Of a DNA stretch of 64,000 nt, positions 37,760 through 50,523 are shown one piece after another. The first letter of the stretch is position 1; every line of letters begins with the position of its first letter. A model generated the notes under the pieces. That model was not told the origin of the DNA. It did not search any database and saw only the letters and a program-made list of their open reading frames with translations. The DNA comes from Camelus dromedarius (Eukaryota): contig NC_087437.1 in assembly GCF_036321535.1 (NCBI RefSeq), positions 13,208,001 through 13,272,000 of the forward strand, in the 5' to 3' direction. A program made the position numbers and the translations under genes.

Positions 37760-38030
37760 AGATTTTGGATCCATAAGCCTAGCTTTTCTCCATATTAGCT
37801 CTACAGTCCTGGGTAAACTATTAAAATCACTATGATCCTCAATTTCTTCATCTGTGAAATAGAAATTATAATGATACGCCCACTGATACGGTTATTGAGG
37901 GGATTACAGTTATAGGGGGACATGGTGGGGTAGCTGTGTACGAAGACTAGAGTCTTGATCCAGATTGCCTGGCTTTAAACTTGCCTCTGCCACTTACTTA
38001 CTGTGTGACCTTAAACGGATTTCTCTCTGC
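37760..38030 (+). mobile_element. two MIR fragments
   Basis: cctcaatttcttcatctgtgaaatag; cagattgcctggctttaaacttgcctctgccacttacttactgtgtgacctt. Confidence 0.7.
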
Positions 38031-39374
38031 AGTCAAAAACTAATAATCTTGTTGTTATAAAGATTCACATAAAGCCAATATTTGCGTTCTGTTCAAAATT
38101 CGATAGTTCTTAATCCAGAGTTTGACATTTTGGGGGATTCATTTTGTATGTAGCATCAACCATGGACAAATGGCTTTTTAAGCATATCTTGGCTCTTACA
38201 GTTTCTTCAGTATCTTAACGTTGTTTAAACACGTTGGGAACTCTTCTTGTGTACCTGCCTCTTCAGGGGTAGTTTTGCAATAACATAAACATTTTCTTAT
38301 TTAGTCCTCTCTCCATTCATTCACTAGAGATCATTTATTTCTGCTCCCGTGTTTTAGAAGGTACAGTGCCTACATGCCCAATAAGAAAGTGACATTTGTA
38401 AACCATCTGGCCATTGAGGAAATGTCCTTAAGGATCTAACTTCCCAACAACAGGAACCTGAGTGTGGGTTTTTTCTTGTCTTTTTGTGTCTCCAGTTCAG
38501 TGACCAAAACTCATGTTCTCTGCGTTAATTGAATCTCCATTGTATCTAAGACTATGGACTTTAGAAAATGACTTTGTAAATTACAGTTGACAGAATAATT
38601 TGGCAGTCACACATGGGGATACCGTCAGTCTTCATGGACTTCTGATATCCCTGAAGGGAAGCTGAAGGTCTACAGTAATGCACATCTTAACTCAGCCGAC
38701 TGCCTGTGGTCATAATCCTCGAGACACGCCGGTGAGCAGCACATTACATCACCTTGCACTCTGCACTTTATAAAATACTTTCACCTCCATTATCTCTTCG
38801 CATATTCAGTAACCCCAAGAAAGAGGCAGAGCTCACAAAAAAGGTAATGATTTGTGATATTCATCTGGACGCAGAGTGAATACTTAGCTAGTAGGCTCCC
38901 CAGGTGGGGAGAGAACTAGCAAAAAGCAAGGGTGTGTTGCTTCTCCGCAGGATGTGGAGGGTGTTGTGACCTTAGGGTAATACAAACAAGGCACTAGAAT
39001 CACGTGTCTCACTAAACCTTTGTAATAGGTAACTTCGTGCTTCACCTTCACTCCGCGTCATTTTCATCTGTTTCAAATCCTAAATAACATTTGATCTAAA
39101 AAAAAATTTACTCCTTTCAGAACTGTTTGTTCTCTCTAAATAAAACATACCACTTCTCAGGTGGAGTGATGTAAATTAATTAATTAATTCATGGATGTCT
39201 ATGGACTTTAGAATTTGATGGCCTTGGTGTGTGTTCTCTCTGCTTTTCTCTAACTTTCAACAAATTCTGAATCTTTTTCTTGAACCCTCAGTTTTACTGT
39301 CTGAAAATGGGGTATTTCATTTGGGAGGCTTTATACAAACTTAACGACTCAGAAGCACATTTTACATATGAGAG

Positions 39375-39605
39375 ACATTATTGAACAGGAGCTAAAAGAG
39401 CAGGTTCTGGAACCAGACTGACTAAAGTTGAATCCCACTTCTGCCATTTACTATGTACTCTAAAGAAATATATTCCACCAGATGCCTCGGTTTTCTCATC
39501 CATAAAATGAGCCACACAGGGTTTTGTGAAGTATTAAAACAGTTGATACTTGGAAAGTATTTAGAATGACGTTTGGCATAAAGCAAGTGTTCAGTATATT
39601 TTAGC
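39375..39605 (+). mobile_element. near-complete MIR
   Basis: aagagcaggttctggaaccagactg..tgcctcggttttctcatccataaaatg..tttggcataaagcaagtgttcagta. Confidence 0.8.
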
Positions 39606-40143
39606 AAATCTTATGGGCAGTTAAGCATCTTGACTTCAGATTCTTTAGTTTATATACATTTTACATGAACTCAGGGAAATATCTGAAGTCTAAGGGCCTA
39701 AAATGTAGCGATATTCCAGACCCTGGAAAATGTTACTTCAGACAAAATTTAAAGTTTGCATTACAAATAATATCTCCATTTCTAACTCCATGACATACAT
39801 CATTACTCAACTCACATGTCTGATTGTGAGAGCCCAGATGTTACTGTGAGGGTCTTAAGTAATTAAAACCCTAAGGGCTTGAGATCTGAGGTCAACAATA
39901 AGGAACAATTTTAATTTTCAGGACCTTCTTCATAGAGGGGCTTCTTCCTTTTTTTTCTTTCTTTTCTTTCTTTTTTTTAAGGTTATACTCTGCACAATCT
40001 GATTGGCAAACAACCATGCTGGGCAGGCAATGTAAAAGGCGTGTACACTTCTGTTTGAAGTAGGCCTAGGGGAGTGAGAGAGGCAATTAAATGCAAATCC
40101 TACCATCCAGCGCATTTCAACACTTTCCATATTTTGTATAGAT

Positions 40144-40157
40144 CTGCCACCTGCTGA
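40144..40157 (-). promoter_or_regulatory. CTCF core-like motif
   Basis: Minus strand TCAGCAGGTGGCAG versus the CTCF core CCAGCAGGTGGCAG, in non-repeat DNA. Confidence 0.45.
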
Positions 40158-40877
40158 GAGTTTATGAAAGGTATTAAAGGGCTAGCAGCCCTTCTATGCA
40201 GATCATTTCTATGTCTCGTGTGCAGGCTGCCATCTGACTGCTCCATCTGACAAAAAAATCCTCTTCAACTCCTCCTCTATGACCAAACCATTCACGGTTG
40301 TGTGAAAGTGAGGGCTGGTCATCCATACCATCCCATCACGTCAAAAACTGCTGTTCAGGCCCTCCACCCAGCTTTCGGGTTTGTTTCCCTATTGGTTCTC
40401 ATGTGGGAAAATGCCAAGTTTTCCCCTGAAAAAAATTTGCCCTTCTACCCAAGAATCACACATCTTTTCAGCTGAAATGTAAAAATGCATACTTTTCAGA
40501 AAGACTCTGAACACTTGGTTTCAGTGTCTTTCTAATGATCTCTCAACCTATGAATCATTATATATTATTTGTAACGTCATAGGAAGGAGATTTCTTATTG
40601 GGAAGATTGGAATCAAAAAGATGATATAGTTTTAGCCTTAAGTTGACAATCTTTTCATGTTGATGTTTTTTCTTCCCCTGAAAATAGTAAAAAAACAAAA
40701 CAAACAAACAAAAAAACCAGTTTAGTGAATGTGGTTTTGGTTCAAAATATACGTTGAATGAAATTATAATTTTGCATCTTATCAAAAGAACTCAGGCAAA
40801 AATAAATTCTGATTAATTAAGTCTCTCTCCCTAAGTAAAGTGGCTGAATCCATGGTGGTGGTTAAAAGCCGTATGCA

Positions 40878-41230
40878 TAAGTCAGGATAGGTTAGGCGAT
40901 GCTGCAGTAACAAACACAACAAAAGCTCAATGGCTTACTGTAACAAATGTTTATTTCTTGCTCTTGAAAAAATCTTCTGAATGTCCTGGTGAATTCCAGG
41001 GCAGCCACCTTCTGTGCAGTGACTCAGCATTCCAGGACATCTTGATTTAATGTTACTTCCCTCTGAACATATGCTTACATCTTCTCTTTAGCAGGAAAAG
41101 AGTAGTAAAGAATAGGATTACCATCAACCCTCTGGTTAAAACTAGTTACATGGAGCTGCTCACTGCAAAGTAGGGAGGGTGGGTATAATGTGTCCGTGAA
41201 GGGAGGACATCCAGAGCCATCAGTGAGGTA
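40878..41230 (-). mobile_element. MLT1 (MaLR) LTR
   Basis: taagtcaggataggttaggcgatgctgcagtaacaaac..caatggctta..tttatttcttgctc. Confidence 0.8.
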
Positions 41231-42764
41231 GTATCTGCTACTCCTCCTCCACTTTTGCTGAGAATTAAGCCAATGAGAGAGAGGTCCTTTTCTCACTGTT
41301 GCAATCTTGGGGTGGAGGGACCAATAGAAAGCTTGTTTAGCTGTGACGCACAGAAGTGGGGATGAGCTCAGCCTACAGACAAAGCTGTATCAGTCAGCAT
41401 TACAGCCATTGCATTAGGAGGTCATTCTGAGGCCTGGCCTTACTTGTCTGATACCTTTTGACATGAGAAGAGAGGGGCTGTCATCAGGTTTGCCCTAAGC
41501 CAAGCCCAGTTTACCAGGTGGTAGAGACGTGAGGGTCATCCATGCTGGGGCCAGATGCACAGTATTGAAAGGAGGGTTGACTGGTCCTTTTTCTATTTTC
41601 TCCCCTTTGCCCACAAACTCACCAAGTGAGCTTCTTTTTGATGTATTTATTTGATATTAAAGGAAGCTTAATTTCATTGAAGCTAACAGATTGGCTGAGA
41701 AATGCCAAAGTGATGTTGTAAATTATTAGAATTAGCACCCAAAAGTCAGTCTTGGCCTTAGTCCTATTTGGATTACAAAGGAATACTAAAAGGCACCAAT
41801 CTTTTACCCTTTAGTTACAACTCTAAAGCACTGAGACATGTTTCCACTAGTCCCAGTATTGACGGGAATACAAAGATGAATTTTGCAGAGTCTGCTCCCT
41901 TAATAAGACCATTGTGTAAGGTGAAGGTAGACACTCTCAGTACAATCATTAGTGCAAACAGAAGGACAAATCCAAGATGCTGAGGGAGAGAGGAAGAGTG
42001 AGTTACTGGCTTAAGTGGGTAGGGAAAGAGGTGGGACCAGGGAACAGTCCACAATAAGGCAAGATGGGGCCAGAGTGTTAAAGGGCAGGTAGGATTTTTG
42101 GCATGGAAACCTGAGCACTCTGCCAGGCTACCATGACAGACAATTCTCTTAGTTCTTACAACCAGCAACTAATTTGATTTTATCTTACAGATAGGATGAA
42201 GCTTGTAAACTAGTTAGGTTTTTTCCTTTGCATTGACTTAACATGAAGTACAGATGCAGGCTGGGACTCCAACAAATAATTGTTCTTTTTTATGACATGT
42301 ATCTTCACCTTTGATTTAATCTTTTATTGGATCTTCTTCTCTTTTCCATCTGTTTTTATAGTCCCATTGTATATTTCTCTGTAAGTCATCTCCAATTCCT
42401 TTTTGAACAAATTACAAAAGAAAAGAGATTCTGTAGAATTCTGCATAGTTTGGATGTTTGCGGAAGGGAGGGTGAAAGGAGACAGGCATGATATTGTCCT
42501 CATTAGCATAATATGGGGGATGGATTGAGCCTAAAGCCTGTGAATCAAGGGAGGGGTTTTTCTTTGTTATGTGAAGCAATAATAATAAAGGCCTGTTAGG
42601 ACAGTGCCTCTGCAATGTAAAGGGAGAGAACTAGACTCCAGAGATAGTTTGAGGATGTACTTTGTAAGAGGTGAGGACTGCTCGGAGATCAAGAATGGTT
42701 TCCAAATTTCCAGTTTGAGTTACTGGGTAGATGGAGGGGCCCCCCTGGAAGTAAGGAAACAGGA

Positions 42765-43304
42765 TGCTATCAAACTCAGGTTCGACTGCTTGCCACTCAA
42801 GAGCCACTTGAGAGGCAAGTGTTGGTAGAAAGGAAAGGGTTCTTTAATCAGAAGGACAGCAATATGGGGAGAAGGCAGACCCATGGGTCCCAAACCAACT
42901 CCAACTCCACGTCAAGCTCAGCCATGACAGTTTTTAAAGGGAAAACAGGGAAGTCATCTTAGTTAATCATTGAGGTGGAAAGTTCTGTGCCACTTTCCAT
43001 TGTGTGCAGGCTGGGTGACTTCTCATGACTTTTCATCAGATGCCATCTTGCCCTTATGGTCTGCCTGCAGGATTGCTAAGGGGGATGCCAGGGGTAGATA
43101 GCCATGCTTTAAGTACTTCATTCTTCATTCTTACTCCTTTTAATCTCGGAAGAAGAAATCAACAGGTTAGGCAAGGCATTGTGTACATTTAGTAGAGAGT
43201 AAGTCTACTTAAGTTAAATGTTATCTAGTGATCTCATTTTTGTAATTAAGGTTTAAGGGGAACAGAAATAGACAAACAGAAAAGGGACAAAAGAGCTGTT
43301 TACA
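42765..43304 (-). mobile_element. ERV1 solo LTR (family C)
   Basis: TG..CA ends; TSD agga/agaa; minus strand starts tgtaaacagctcttt and ends gagtggcaagcagtcgaacctgagtttgatagca; related to 45222-45779. Confidence 0.85.
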
Positions 43305-43448
43305 AGAAGGAGGAGAAAAATAACAAGCCTAAAAGGAAAATCCCCAGCCTAAGTGGAGGTGATAATGGATCATCAGTTTCGGGTAGAGAGAGTAAGGATG
43401 TGAAGTCAGAAGACATTGAGAGACTACGAGAAAATGGTAGAATTCAAG

Positions 43449-43884
43449 TGTGCACTAAGAATACCATCTGCCGTATCTGTAAACAAAGGATGTTGCAACC
43501 ATCAAGCCAGCTGCTCCTGCAGCTGCCCCCAACTGTGCACCCTGGGGGGACCCAGGATGGAAGAGAACAGGATACTGGCTGACATAGTTAAGGAGCATAT
43601 CAAAGGAATGATTTCATGAACCCAGATTGTTGCGCCTCCCCATACTTAAAAGTAAAGTGCTAAATTCATTAACTTGAGACATCTGGTTTTCTTTAACTAG
43701 CAGTAATCTTTTGATGTTCCGACTACCTGGCTTTTATTGCAAAAACTCCTATGTTCTGAGTCCTCTTTGGAACAGCCCTTCAGAGCCATCTGACAGGCTA
43801 TCTTCTGGGCTTAAGTCCTCAGAAAGTCCACCAAGTAAAACACAATTTACAACTTTTAGGTTGTACGTTATTTTTCAGTTGACA
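43449..43884 (+). mobile_element. ERV1 solo LTR (family A, copy 1)
   Basis: TG start, cagttgaCA end, perfect TSD CAAG (43445-43448 / 43885-43888); homologous to the copies at 48302 and 49543. Confidence 0.9.
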
Positions 43885-45221
43885 CAAGTGATTACTATTA
43901 TGTCTGGTAGAAGCAGTCACTACAGAGGAAGAAGAATGGGGTGTTGTAGACAAGACTGTGGCACTGTGGGGTTTAAGAACTCACAGGAAGAACCACTGGG
44001 GTGGGAACCAGGATGCGGACCTGGGAAGAAGCTGCTCATGGAGGTTGTATGTGATGGTCATTGTGATAAAGGGTGTTAAGGATAAGGATGCGGTGCAATT
44101 ACTTTCCTTGAACAGAAAGATTCCTATGTGTGTATTGACCACATGAGAATGATCTATAGATTGTTGGTAAGTGAGTATATGGGTAGGTAAAGTGCATTAT
44201 GTTAGGTGCTGAGGGGTTAAAGAGTGGAGATTTTCTAAGTGGGAATAGCAAATGGCACGGAATCAGATGTGGGAGCTATAAGAATGAAAAACCCTTCTTC
44301 AATTTAAAGCTCAATAGAACAAGCAACATTCCAGCATTCTAGATTAAGCAGAAGCAACAGAAATAATTGCCCCTGCTTGGATGCTTCACAAGGCTGGTAT
44401 GTGGACAAATGGGATAAGACGTGTGAAAGTACGTGGCTGGAGCACAAACTCTGGAGGTATTGATGATCTTGAATCAAAATTAAGTTCCCCATATGGAGCA
44501 CACTTTTTACTCACAGGCCTGAGGCTGATTTCACAAGTCCGGTCATGACCAAAGCACAAACTTTGTTGCCATGTAGCCCCAGGGGATACCTGATGCACTG
44601 GCTTATGATGCACTGGTACAGATAGAACACCCATTAAACATGAGGAGAGCAGATAAAAAATAACATTAAAATTGACATGGATACATGAGACAGTTGAATT
44701 AGAAATTAACTTACATGCTTAAAGCAAGCAAGAATTTAGAGAAATTTTAAGATTTGTGTGGACATTTTGGGCTAACCCACCGTATTTTGAGGGATTGTGT
44801 TTTCTCTTCTCTCTGACTGCCAGTGTGCCTAACAGTGGAAAAGTGTGAGCGTTCATAGTCACATGATGCAGATGCGGGACTCCATTCTGAAAGACAATGC
44901 CAAAGGTTGCTCACTGGGAGCATTGGTGGTGTAAACAGACAGTTCCTGAAGAGGTGACGCTGAAATGTCCAACAATCCTTGGAATTGTGAACTCGGGGAA
45001 GTTTGTGGAAGGCACCAGGGTCATTTCTTCACATGCCCAGTAGAAATAACCCAAAGTTCTGGTAATAGCAGGGTAATTAAAATGATAATGTGGGCATATA
45101 TTCAGTTATACGGAAACATACTAATTTCAAGGAAAGATATTAATCAAAGTGTTTCACATGAAACTCAGTTATTCATATATATGTCGTGATCATAAAAACA
45201 AATTAGAAAAAAATATATAAA

Positions 45222-45779
45222 TGTAAACAACTCTTTGCAGGAAACCCCTTTTCTTGTTACTTTAGCAAAACTATATTGTCACTAATCTTAACCAAGCACC
45301 CCCTTGCCCCACTCGTCTCCAGCCTAAGCACATCTTTCAAATCTTTTGATCACAGTACCTTGCCTAACTTGTTGGTCTTTTCCTGCAGATCAGAAAGGAG
45401 AAATGGAGAATAAGTAATTTACAAATGACCAGATCTCTTCCCTAGCTTCCCCTTCAGTCATCTCATGAACAAACTGTGTGAACAAGATAGCATCTAAGGA
45501 GACTTCACAAGGAACTGACAAGCCTACACACAGTGGGGGTGGCGACAGCTCTGACCCCCCCCATCTCAATGATCATCTGAGATTACACCCCTATTTTCCC
45601 TTTTAAAAACGTCCATGGCTGAGCTGAATCTTTGGAAATGGCCTCTGGGGGGACACTGAGTCCACCATCTCGCCAGATTGCCAGCTTTTTTCATTACAAC
45701 ATCTTTCCTTTCTGCTGACCATTGCCTCTCGAATCATTTGTCTTTGAGTGGCAAGCACTCGAACCCGAGTTCAGTAACA
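45222..45779 (+). mobile_element. ERV1 solo LTR (family C)
   Basis: tgtaaacaactcttt..gagtggcaagcactcgaacccgagttcagtaaCA; TSD taaa/caaa. Confidence 0.85.
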
Positions 45780-46640
45780 CAAAGATATTACCATTGGTCG
45801 TTTGAGAGTAGTAGAATTTGTGTGTCATTTAATTATGTTTATTTTTGTTCATCAATATCTTCTACTTTGCCCACAATAAACATATATTGGTAAATATAAT
45901 AAGAGAAAGTCAATAGCGTATCTATGGGAAACTCACCATAGCACTGAGTCCCAGGAAGCCTTTTTAGGAATAACAGAAGTTTATTCACAGTGAACAGTCA
46001 GAGCAGCATCTTTCTGTTCCTGTCTTCTCATAATCCTATCCTGGGAATTTGTCCAGCCAGCTTCAGAGTGGTCATGGGCTCTGTGGGCTGTCCACGCGCC
46101 TCCCGTGCTCTGCCAAATACACCAGACCAGACACCTGCTAAACTTTGAAGGTCATGGGTAGCTTCCTGGCATCTAGTGCAAACTGGCTTTCTGCTGACAA
46201 GTTGTTTGTTTTTTTTGTTTTTTTTTTCTTGCTCTGCTTCTGATTTGAGTCTTGAGGGAAACTCTTCAAGCCAGCTTTAGAAAGAGAAGCTGCTGTCATT
46301 TGTGAATGCAGTTAATTAGAATAACATTTGCTTTTACGTATTCAATATTTGGCACGATTATCAGACCTAAAGGTTATGTTGTTCTAGCAGATAAGCTGGG
46401 CTCCAAGGGGTGTTTGTTGTCTCCCCAGACTGGTGCTGGCTAAATATAGGACTCCGAGGAGCACAGGGATAACTGCCTTAGATGTTGAATCTGCACAGTA
46501 GCACGATGCAGCTCAGCTAAGTCTTTCATGGCACTATTGACAGATGGATTTCCTCCGCATGGACAAGTGACTGGCTCATGGCTCAAGACTGTTCTTGGGA
46601 GGTGCTGGAGAGAAAGGTTGGTCCTGCTGGGAGTTGAAAC

Positions 46641-47209
46641 TGATACAGGAAAATGAACGTGGGGCGAGAGGACGGCCGTGTCCCAGGTCTCGGCTGAGTT
46701 CTTGGGATGCGTCCCAAGTGTGGGTCCTTGACTTTGCACAGGAAAGAATTCAAGAGTGAGCCACAGTGGAGTAAAGGTAGATTTATTCAGAGAGACACAT
46801 ACTCCATAGACAGAGTACGGGCTGTCTCAGGAGGCAAGGGGGTGAGAGGCCATGAGGAGCGGTGTTGCTAGTTTTTATGGGCTGAGTAGCTTCTTATGCT
46901 AACAAGAGGGAGGATTATTTCAACCACTTTGGGGGAAGGGGCCGGGATTCCAAGGAATTGGGCCACTGCCAACTTTTTGACAATCTTTTATGGTCAGCCT
47001 TGGGACTGTGATGGTGCTTGTGGGAGTGCCATTTAGCCTGCTAATATATTATAATGAGCATATAATGAAGCTCAAGGTCTCCTGGAAGTCAAATCTCCCA
47101 CCATCTTGGGCCTCAAGGCGTACGGGGAGATGAATTTTCCACCACCCTGGTGTTAATTGCTATGGTATTTCTTGAATGGCTGTGCCCTGCCCCCTTCCTT
47201 CCTGTCTCA
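46641..47209 (-). mobile_element. MER41-like ERV1 solo LTR (family B, copy 1)
   Basis: Perfect TSD AAAC; AATAAA on minus strand (46782-46787); ggaaagaattcaag, actccatagacagag and atgctaacaag..ggattatt match recalled MER41 R/U5/U3 motifs. Confidence 0.85.
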
Positions 47210-48301
47210 AAACTGGACAAGGTGGCTGCTTCAGAAGGGAAGCAGGTTTCGTCAAAATCTATTTGATTATTGACAAGGCTTGGCATGCATTGCTAAGTGG
47301 CTAATCGTTAAACTACTTAATTAAGACAAACAGTCCTCCACTGAGAGCATAAAACCCACTCGACCCTGATTTCAACAACCAGCTGCCATGATCTAAGGGA
47401 ACAGCTCGAAGTATAAGGCACTTTCCTGCTGGGAAGTCACTCCTCCCCTCTGTTCAAGGGTTTGCTGAAGAAAACACATGGTGTAACAGTGCCTGCAGTC
47501 CTGTCCCGCATCACGCCCTGCAGCAGGTGGAATGCGGGGAGGCTATTATGTATCCCTTTAATAGAACCATCTACTTAGGAGGGAAAAGGAATGTGTCTGT
47601 TCGGTAGGTGCACGGCAGAGTGATGAGGAAGTCGGTGTGAGAGCAGAGCCTGCTGCCTCAGGCTGCATTTCTGAGTTATTCCCCCCCCTCCCCCACTGAG
47701 GCACTAACGCATATTGACAATTTCACTCAGAAACTGTAGTTCATTGTAAGAGATGAAGGATGTATGAATAACATTAAGGATGATGCTCAAAGGGGCCCAG
47801 GCTCATGAATAGTTTAAAAAGGAAACCCTGGTTGCTTTGATGGCTTCATTCATCATGTTCTGAAGGAAGAATTCGGGTGTTGGGGGGAATTTTCTGCTTC
47901 AAGTTTTTGGTTTAAATGAACTGTTTCTTTGTTTCTTATTAGTTTAATTCCCTCTCCTCTTTCTTAAGTTCCTAGCCTGGTAAAGGCTGAGAGAAAATTT
48001 AAAAGCAGACCATTTGCTGTGAGATAATTTGTTTTCAGTCCCTTTAATGGATGTCAGACTTTCTGAGGCCAAAGATGCCAGATGTATTCTTCAATTTGGC
48101 CGGTGACACACTTGTTAAGTTGGGCTTCTGCTCTTAATAGTAAACCCTTCCTTTAGCTGGAAGTTTAACATCTGTGTCTGTTCAGCAAAATTTTATTGAG
48201 ATTGTTATGTCCTTTCGATGGTAGAAAATTATCCAAACCTTGGTGTCCCCACTCACCAGGCTGCTGGTTGATTAAAGGGTCGAAATTTCCATCCTCACAA
48301 G

Positions 48302-48744
48302 TGTGGACAACAAATATCACATGCCACTTCAGTAAACAAAGAATGTTGTGGCCATCAAGCCATCAGCCACTGCAGACACCCCTGTGGGTGCACCCTGAGG
48401 GGATTCAGGATGGACAAAAACAGGATACTGGCCCCAGAGAGTTAAGGTGCACATCAAAGTAATGACTTCAATGAGCCCAGACCCTTGCATCTTCACATAG
48501 ATAGAAAAGCGCTAAAATCATTAACTTGAAATGTGTGTTTTTGTGATTAGCAGTCATCTTTTGATGTTCGACTACTTGTTTTTTTCTCAGCAAAATCTCT
48601 CTATATATTGATTCCTCTCTTACGTCCTTGGAGCAGCCCCACGGAGGGATCTGAGAGGCTGTATCTGGGGCTTACATCCTCAGTAGGTCTGCCGAATAAA
48701 GCCTAATTCTCAACTTGGAGTTTGTGCATGTGTTTCAGCCAACA
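48302..48744 (+). mobile_element. ERV1 solo LTR (family A, copy 2)
   Basis: TG..cagccaaCA; TSD caag/cacg; AATAAA ~48695. Confidence 0.88.
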
Positions 48745-49512
48745 CACGCATACATAAGAATATAAGTAATCGTTAAAGAGAAAACTAGCATCACGTAAGG
48801 GAAAATTACAGACAACGTATCGTTCGTGGTAAATAAGAAATGTCATTCATTTGTATTGTGGTTTTCCAGGTCAGTGCAGTTTCTTGAGTAAGTTGAGACT
48901 GTAAGTGGGATTATTAAGAATTCACCTTCCCCCTCATCCTTACTTTCCTAGGGGTTGAAGGGCACATGCCCTAGGCATCTCTGAGATTGGAAGGTGCTCA
49001 CTCCATTTCAGTGACTGAAATGAGAAAGAGTTGGTTACATGTGCTGTCACAGAATGCAAGAAGTCGAGAGCTCCAGAGAGTTCCAGCTGCCAGTGAGATC
49101 TGGAGCAGAATGGCAGCGTGGCTGAAGGCCAGGGGGCTGCCCTCCGGGGCTGTGCATCAGTATGCTCTGCTGCCCCTGGAATTCCTTTCTCTTCTTCCCT
49201 CTGTCCCAGTGTTTCAGCCAATGCATGGCTTCTACTGGCTTGTGACTTGTGAGTCCGCTGACTGCCTCCTCTTGTCTCCATGGGAAAGGGGTCCATTGGT
49301 TACTCTTTGATTCTCTGACAGTGTATCATCTTCCTATTAAACCACAGCTATTTTATGAGCTCCTGATTGTGTGGGTCAGGATTTCCAAGGGCCACAGAGA
49401 TGGCTTTGGTGTCCCCCTGAGGTTCAGGTTTCTTCTCTCACATGTGGTGCCTCACCTAGGACAGCTCCACACTGGGGTCCCTGGTGGGGTTGTGTGTACA
49501 GGAACCTACTTC

Positions 49513-50523
49513 TGTCACTGGAGAGTAGGTTCTTGTCTTGCATATGGGAACAAAAAACATTGTAAAGCCATATCAATAAACGAAGGATGCTGTGGCCATC
49601 AAGTCATCAGCCACTACCGCCACCCCTGACAGTGAGTGGAGGGAACTCAGGATGCAGACAAGCAGGCAGCGCGGCCTCTGCAGCGCCCCCCCACCCCGCC
49701 CCGCCCTCACCAATGGTGCCTCCTGAGGGGACCAGGATGGGAAAGAACAGGACACAGGCCCCAGACAGCTAGGTGCGCATCAAAGGAACGATTTCAACGA
49801 GACCGGAACTTTGCACCGTCCCATATATAGAAAAGCGCTAAATTCCTTAACTTGAGAGGTCTGTTTTTCTTTAATTGACAGTAATCTTTTGATGTTCCAA
49901 CTTACCTGGTCTTTGTTGCAAAAATGTATAGATCCTGGCTTCTACCTTGCCACTTCGGAGCAGTCCCTCAGAGCGATCTGAGAGGCTGCCATCCCAGGCT
50001 CAAGTCCTCAGAAATGTCCACGAAATAAAACAGAACTCTCAACTTCTAGGTTGTGCATTTTATTTCAGTTGGCATGCAGGAAAAAATTAAAGAGCAAGCC
50101 ATAGCAAACTGAAAGCAAGTGTATTTAGGGAGATGCACATTTCACAGACAGAATGTGGTCCATCCCAGAAGGGAGAGCGGCCCCAGGGTGCAGGTGGTGA
50201 GTTTTTATGGGCTGGGTGATTTCATTGGCTAACAAGTGGGAGGATTATTCCAACTGTTTTGGGAAAGGGGTGACGATTTCCAGGAACTGGGCTCCCACCA
50301 AACTTTTGTCCTTTTATGGTCAGTGTGAGAAATGTCACGGTGCCTGTGTGAGTGTCATTTAGTGGCTGATGTATTATAATGAGCCTATAATGAGGCTCAA
50401 GGTCTACTGGAAGTCAAATATTCCACCATCTTAGGCCTAGGTGGTTCTAACCAGTTTATGTTGTATCCTCAATGGCCGTCATTCTTTTTGTGATTGTACC
50501 CTGCCCCCTTCCCTCCTGTCTCA
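49513..50523 (-). mobile_element. MER41-like ERV1 solo LTR (family B, copy 2), interrupted by family A copy 3
   Basis: tgtcactg..cctgtctca ends; TSD cttc/tttc; homologous to 46641-47209. Confidence 0.85.
49543..50074 (+). mobile_element. ERV1 solo LTR (family A, copy 3), nested
   Basis: Perfect TSD TGCA (49539-49542 / 50075-50078); ends cagttggCA; AATAAA ~50024. Confidence 0.9.

Larger units (their letters stand above)
42560..44300 (-). mobile_element. L2 fragments split by two LTR insertions
   Basis: gatcaagaatggtttccaaatttccagtttgagttactgggtagatgg..gaaacagga|LTR|agaaggaggag. Confidence 0.55.

Noticed and set aside
43400..49830. Similar short peptides (..PSSHQPL..HPEG.QDG..) in ORFs at 43400, 48196 and 49587, suggesting a gene family
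   Set aside because: The similarity simply reflects the three family A LTR copies
43449..50523. Same-family LTR pairs as the two ends of a provirus
   Set aside because: Each LTR has its own TSD, and no PBS, PPT or gag/pol/env was seen between them, so they are independent solo LTRs
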